This document shows, piece by piece, positions 58,791 through 64,000 of a stretch of 64,000 nt of DNA (its first letter is position 1; every line of letters starts with the position of its first letter). Source of the DNA: Bilabrum cf. latius (Eukaryota); NCBI GenBank assembly GCA_965178125.1, contig OZ237744.1, forward strand, positions 496,001 through 560,000, written 5' to 3'. Both the position numbers and the translations under genes were made by a program. Under the pieces are notes generated by a model. That model did no database searches. It was not told where the DNA came from and worked only from the letters and a program-made list of their open reading frames with translations.

Positions 58791-61700
58791 TCATGCCGTG
58801 CCGGGCCGGATCTGCACCTCTAGCACGCCACCGCCCCACAGACCTGCATACACGCTGCATGAGAGCTATGAAAAGTAGGCCTGCGCCTGTCCGTTGGCAC
58901 TGCTAGCGCCGGTCCAACCCTCGCCACCGCTACCCCCATCCCTGCCCGCCGCCCCACCCTGAGAGCATGCACCCCTTTGCAGCCTCCACGGCATGTTGCC
59001 TGGCATGGCACCCTCCAATACATTCACCCACTGCTTGGTGTCGGTGGCAATCGCGTCGCCGGGGTTCTAACTAGCAGGAGCGGTCCGAGCCACTGGAGCT
59101 TCGAGACCTGTCCCAGCTGCTGCGAGATCCAGCGCGAACAGCCCCTGGGTTGATTCTGGCGTGGAGTTCACGTCACCCGCCATCGAAGACACGAGCAGCT
59201 TTGCAACACTCCCACCACTCATATCCCCGAATTCCACCACGTGCATGGCAGGTGCCGTTGCATCAACGAGAGGAGAGTCGAGGCTCACCCAGCTCGGACC
59301 ATCACGTGTCCCAAGATGCCCATCGACCTGAAGCCTAGGGTCAGCGATTCCGTGCATGACATCGACATGCATATCGGTCCTCCAGACAGAGCCATCGGTG
59401 CACGCAACAAAGAAACTGCAGTTTGCGCTGGCCATACCAGTCCATTCCCTGACCTGCGTGGGTGGATGGCACAGTCCTGACACTGACTGTGGGCTGACCT
59501 AGTCTGTACCAGGTCCTCGTGTGCGTGGTGGTCGAACACCACGCATGGTCGAGCCATATCGCCTTGCAGGTCGTCCTGACAGCCCACTGTTAGCTATCTA
59601 CCAACTCAAGTTGTCTTCTGAGCGCCCTGTGGAAGACACGGCAGGCGGCAGCCCCACCTCCACTGGCTGCGGCCCACTGCCTGTGAAGCCATCGAAGTAG
59701 ATCCAAGAAGACAGCTTTCCAGTCTTCAAGCTTATGCCGGCTACATACCCAATGTCGTCTATCGGGTTATAAACGCTCGGCACCTGTGTGTTCGGGCTGC
59801 CGCACGTGCTGCCTGTGGAACTCTTCCCTGGCACGCTCTTCGTGTTCAGGAAGGGCATCCAGAAATCCACTGCCAGTACCGCAGCTGCCGGTGATTGACC
59901 CCACGAATCCGGATCGAGCGGCGACTTTGCCGTGAATATGCCCATGTCTAGGACTCCTGCTGGCGATGCACCGCCAATGCACGGCAGCTGTCCAGGTTGC
60001 GGGGCAGCGGGCGGCTGGCTGCAGTTCACGTAGGTCCCAGCCGACATCACTGCAAATGTGGTATTCTTCCATTCTACTCGCGTGCCTTGCATTGCCTTGC
60101 CAAGGAGGACCACTGGCTGCCTAGCATCCATATTCGTTTCTTCTTCCTTAGCATTGCGTGCCATGTGGCTGTGCTGCTTCTTGCTAGCGATCCCGCGATT
60201 CGAAGACCTTCTGATGAACGAAGATGCCTGTCCAACCGGGATGGCCACAAGTGCTGGGGCAGCCTGTGCCCCAGCGTCGAAGGATCCCGCGAGTGCCCAA
60301 CCCGCCGAGGCTGCATCTTCCTTGGGCGGAAGCGCCAGGGACATGGGTGCCAATGGGTAGGCGCTGTGCGGAGACACTGATTCGGTCGCTGTGTAGTTGC
60401 TGCCAACTTGAATGGCCTGCTAGGGTCTACTCGTGCTACTTGCCTCCTCCGTGCTGACAGCTTCGTCTCTATGGGAATGAGACTCGCGACGGGGCAATTG
60501 TCTTGCATACTTGCTCAATGGTCTATCTAGCTCCCACACGGACTGCAGTCCAGCCAAACCCACGGTGCTGCTGACCATCACGGAAGGTCCTCCGAGTCCT
60601 CTCGAAACCTCAGCCCCTTGTCCTGGCCGGTTGCCACCCACTGCTTGGCCAGAGGAAGGCACGACGGCGAGGCCGATCGCATCGGCGGCCGAGATACCGT
60701 TATCAAACTAATACCAGGTCTGTCCGCCGTCCCAGGAGGCATGCAGCCCGCCACCAGGGGAGCCAGCCAGGAGACCCGGGGCCTCCTGTGATCTGGACCA
60801 CGACTCAGGGGCCATGGCCATGCTGAACACAGAGACAGGGAAAGAGTCCACTCTGGTGCTATAGTTTCCGTTTCCATCGCAAGACCAGAGACCGAACTGC
60901 TTCATTGTCGGGAACATTGGGTTCGCAGTGCTGCCAACGAGCAGCTTGGTGCAGGCGGGATCCGACGAATTACCGCAGCCCGGCTTGGCCATTGCAACCA
61001 AGCGGGTCCACAGTCCGGAAATAGGCAGCTTAGCATTTGTGTAGGGGTTGAGAATGACTTGGAGGACCCCTGGCGCCAGCGATGGGCTCGCCCTGACAAC
61101 CACACCGTCCCCATACCCGTAGTACAACCCACTGGGCATCCATGCAATGCCCGTAACTGGAGCATAGAATCCATTTGGCGTCAACTCGTAAATGTGCGTT
61201 GCTGGCATCGCATGCAGGTCTTCAGGATCGCTCTATACGGCGGATAGAACATAAAGCCTGCCAGTCGCTGATCCAACGATGACTACTTCTTGGTCCACTG
61301 AGCCAACTGCTGGCACCATCACTCGCTTCACGATGGTATAACTTGTGTCGTTATTCTTGCTGCAGGGTAAGCACGGCACAGTCTCCCAGGGTGTGTCATA
61401 CGATGCCTCATTTGTTGCGTGCCACATGATCCCACCGTTCGTGGCGCCCCAAGCGTCGCTAGTCGTTGCACGGGCAGACAGGGCGGCCGAACTGACAATG
61501 ATGCTATCTTTGCGAGCATTTCCAAGCTGTTGCCATCTCGTTCCATCTTTCGAAATGAGAACGCCACGACCAAAAGGAGACGACGCTAGCCAGACCTCAC
61601 TGCTGCCATCTCCTCGCGATACGATTGAGTATGCCGACCAATTTATAGGTGTAGATCGAATAAGGTTCCAGTCTGAACCATTGATGCTCTCATACATTCC

Positions 61701-61859
61701 CGACGCGTCGTCGCCGCTTGCAAGCCAGCGGCCAGGCCTTCGGACGTCGCCGTATACTGCTGAAATGAAGCCACCTTTCGGACCAATTTGTCGCCATGAG
61801 GCGTCACAGTATGCATATGATACCAAGACTACCGCTATACTTATGCTTTGCCAGGGCAT
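58791..61859 (-). CDS. Secreted beta-propeller protein with BNR/Asp-box repeats (GH74/sortilin-like fold, ~1,020 aa)
   Basis: Signal-like MPWQSISIAVVLVSYAYC, WRQIGPKGG, Asp-boxes ESINGSDW, ISKDGTRW and ASWDGGQTW, and C-terminal YAGLWGGGV. Five fragments join across TAG to TGA 58791. Confidence 0.8.
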
Positions 61860-62051
61860 GGCTTCAGGTATGAGCAATGTTCTATAGTCTAGACGTCGCG
61901 CCGGCTGGGTTGGGCCGGCTCCGGGTACCAGTGGATGGATTCGGCACAATGTCACAACATGTTTTGCGTCGTGCTGAGATAAGGTGCAACCGTGCGCAAT
62001 CGCGACACTACATGAAATGCAGGCGTGCCTCACTTCAATACATCCAGGACT

Positions 62052-64000
62052 TCAGGACATCCAGGACGGCCTCGTCCCAACGCCGAGCATCCGCTGCCGG
62101 CTGGCTTGCAGGTTCGCCCTGACTGCATCGGCCCTCGTCATTTCGCTGCCCCCGGCAACACCAATGCCAGCCATACCTTTCTTCCCATCGCTTGATCTTG
62201 CTAGATCCGATAGCCCTCCAGAACCTCTTGGACCACTGCCCCTGCCTGACACGCCCCCATCCCCATGCACGCCCCTGCCTGACACGCCCCCATCCCCATG
62301 CACGCCCCTGCCTGACACGCCCCCATCCCCATGCACGCCCCTGCCTGACACGCCCCCATCCCCATACACGCCCCTGCCTGACTCGCCCCCATCCCCATGC
62401 ACGCCCCTGCCTGACACGCCCCCATCCCCATGCACGCCCCTGCCTGACACGCCCCCATCCCCATGCACGCCCCTGCCTGACACGCCCCCATCCCCATGCA
62501 CGCCCCTGCCTGACCCGCCCCCATCCCCATGCACGCCCCTGCCTGACACGCCCCCATCCCCATGCACGCCCCTGCCTGACACGCCCCCATCCCCATGCAC
62601 GCCCCTGCCTGACCCGCCCCCATCCCCATACACAGCCCTGCCTGACACGCCCCCATCCCCATACACAGCCCTGCCTGACACGCCCCCATCCCCATACACA
62701 GCCCTGCCTGACCCACGGCTCCAACCATCTGCACCTCGACCTCGTCCCACGGTCGCCCTCTTTGGTGACGTCACTGCGACAGGCCTCATGCTTCCCTCAA
62801 GAGCATAGGCATGGCGTGCAGGCGACCTCAGGGTCACGGCGCTACGATCCGCACCACTGGCGATACCTCGCCCCTCCTTGGCACTAGTACCAGTTGAGGC
62901 CGCTGCTGCCCTAGACGTTGAGCGGGTACCGGACCTGGGAGCAGCGCGAGACCCTGAAGCCGCAGCAGTGAGACTTAAGGCGGGTGTCTAAAGCTCTACG
63001 TGTGTGCTGCTATCAGGGGCGAGGCGCTGCCCCGCCTCGTCCATGGCATCCCACGCGCAGCTCCTGTCTCTTCCGTACTCTACCATCTCCCGAAACCACG
63101 CGCGCTCCCGCAGGGCAAGCCCCAGCTCCTCCGATGTGGCATCCCCAACCGCAACTCGGGCGTCGATAGCATCCCCAAACCGGTCGCTTGCAAGTGAATC
63201 TGTTCCGCCAGAGAGACGCGGCCCAGCACCCCTGCCCCCACCGGCCCTGGCAGCTCGCGTTGAATCCGCAACCGCAGGCCTCTCGCCCTCAACAACCCCT
63301 TTGATCCACGATCCGAGGGCATGGCGCGCCATGTCGCACGCAGAAATGGGATCAAACATGCCTTGAGTCCCTCCCATGGAGCCGCCAGCCGCAGCCCCCA
63401 TCCGGCCCCTTGCACGGCTGCCTCCACCATCGCTGCGACTAGCGTCAGCTGGCGACAACGACATCACCTTGCGCATGCACAAGGGGCACAGGTGCAAGGA
63501 AGCTGGTAATTCCAGTGAAGCATCAACAGGACCGCTGCCAGGCGCAGCCATTGATAGCAGACAGTCTCTGCACTCTGTGCACTGGCCCAGACCCGCTATC
63601 TCGGCGACAAGCAGTCTGGCCACCAGGTGAAATAAGTGCAATAAACGGTGCCCGTACCCCTCGCCTTCCGATTTGCCCTTACTTGCATGAGGAAAGAATC
63701 CTTTCAAGTGAGCCAAAATGATGGTTGGATCTTTCGGTCGCCCCGGTGAAACTACAGCTACGCTGTGCGTGCTTGTGCTGAACGCACTCTGACCACGAAA
63801 CGGAATGCCAGACAGCACCAGCACAGCGTCACATGTTGCCAGATCAATTGATCGCCCAATAGCATCAATAAGAGGCCAGAATCCGCGAGAAACCCCGAAT
63901 CGCTTCCCGTCTTGCTGCTTTGAGGCTGCGTCGCATGATTGTAGCTTCGCTGCGATCCCAATGCTGCCAATCAGACGCTACATTGTCCGGACCGGCTCCA
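62052..64000 (-). CDS. 3' part of a protein with a degenerate archaemetzincin (M54)-like domain and a Gly-rich repeat tail; starts beyond the window
   Basis: The frame is open from the window end through TAGs (~63980, 62988) to TGA 62052. The pattern FRGQS..VAVVSPGR..GLGQC..C..LHLCPLCMRKV follows archaemetzincin order but lacks HExxHxxGxxH. Confidence 0.6.
62239..62712. repeat. 33-bp tandem minisatellite, ~14.4 copies, coding (GRGVHGDGGVS)n on the minus strand
   Basis: Unit CCCCTGCCTGACACGCCCCCATCCCCATGCACG with a few variants. The units are head to tail with no spacers. Confidence 0.95.

Noticed and set aside
62239-62712. CRISPR array
   Set aside because: The 33-bp units are contiguous with no unique spacers and no cas genes are present. 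It is a minisatellite.
61984-62887. Plus-strand Pro-rich or His/Cys-rich repeat proteins
   Set aside because: The repeat is stop-free in every frame. Only the minus frame 62052-62837 connects, via TAG, to an upstream domain.
1-64000. Mass pseudogenisation or sequencing error as the cause of internal stops
   Set aside because: Interruptions are exclusively TAG, frames are preserved over many kb, catalytic motifs are intact, and TAG sits at a conserved Gln.
1-64000. Ciliate-type code (TAA and TAG = Gln), or pyrrolysine/selenocysteine recoding
   Set aside because: I found no in-frame TAA in any coding region, and three ORFs end at TAA in sensible places. TAG is too widespread for Pyl, and TGA behaves as the main stop.
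1-64000. Recoded phage or prokaryote using code 15
   Set aside because: Spliceosomal introns, a CCA-less Pol III tRNA with a T-run terminator and eukaryote-type genes (P5 ATPase, CAMK kinase, HPS3-like) point to a eukaryotic nucleus.

Overview
This is gene-dense, GC-rich eukaryotic nuclear DNA, probably from a protist: short GT-AG introns, one Pol III tRNA and no operon signals. The main signal is a non-standard genetic code in which TAG is a sense codon, almost certainly Gln, while TAA and TGA remain stops. The supplied ORF track therefore splits real genes into fragments, and most consecutive fragments join in frame across TAG. With TAG read as Gln the window holds about 15 host genes. These include a 2,700-aa HPS3-like protein, an EF-hand protein, a CAMK-group kinase, a stand-alone glutamate synthase large subunit with an organellar-type presequence, and a saccharopine-dehydrogenase-like enzyme. 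Also present are an RluA-family pseudouridine synthase, a P5 ATPase, an insulysin, a cytochrome b561, an Asp-box propeller protein and a degenerate archaemetzincin-like protein carrying a 33-bp minisatellite. There is a tRNA-Glu(CTC) and an 8.1-kb Ngaro/DIRS-type tyrosine-recombinase retrotransposon (37124-45270) with split direct repeats. The element's own ORFs are written in the amber=Gln code. All translations, counts and intron calls were made by eye and no database search was run.
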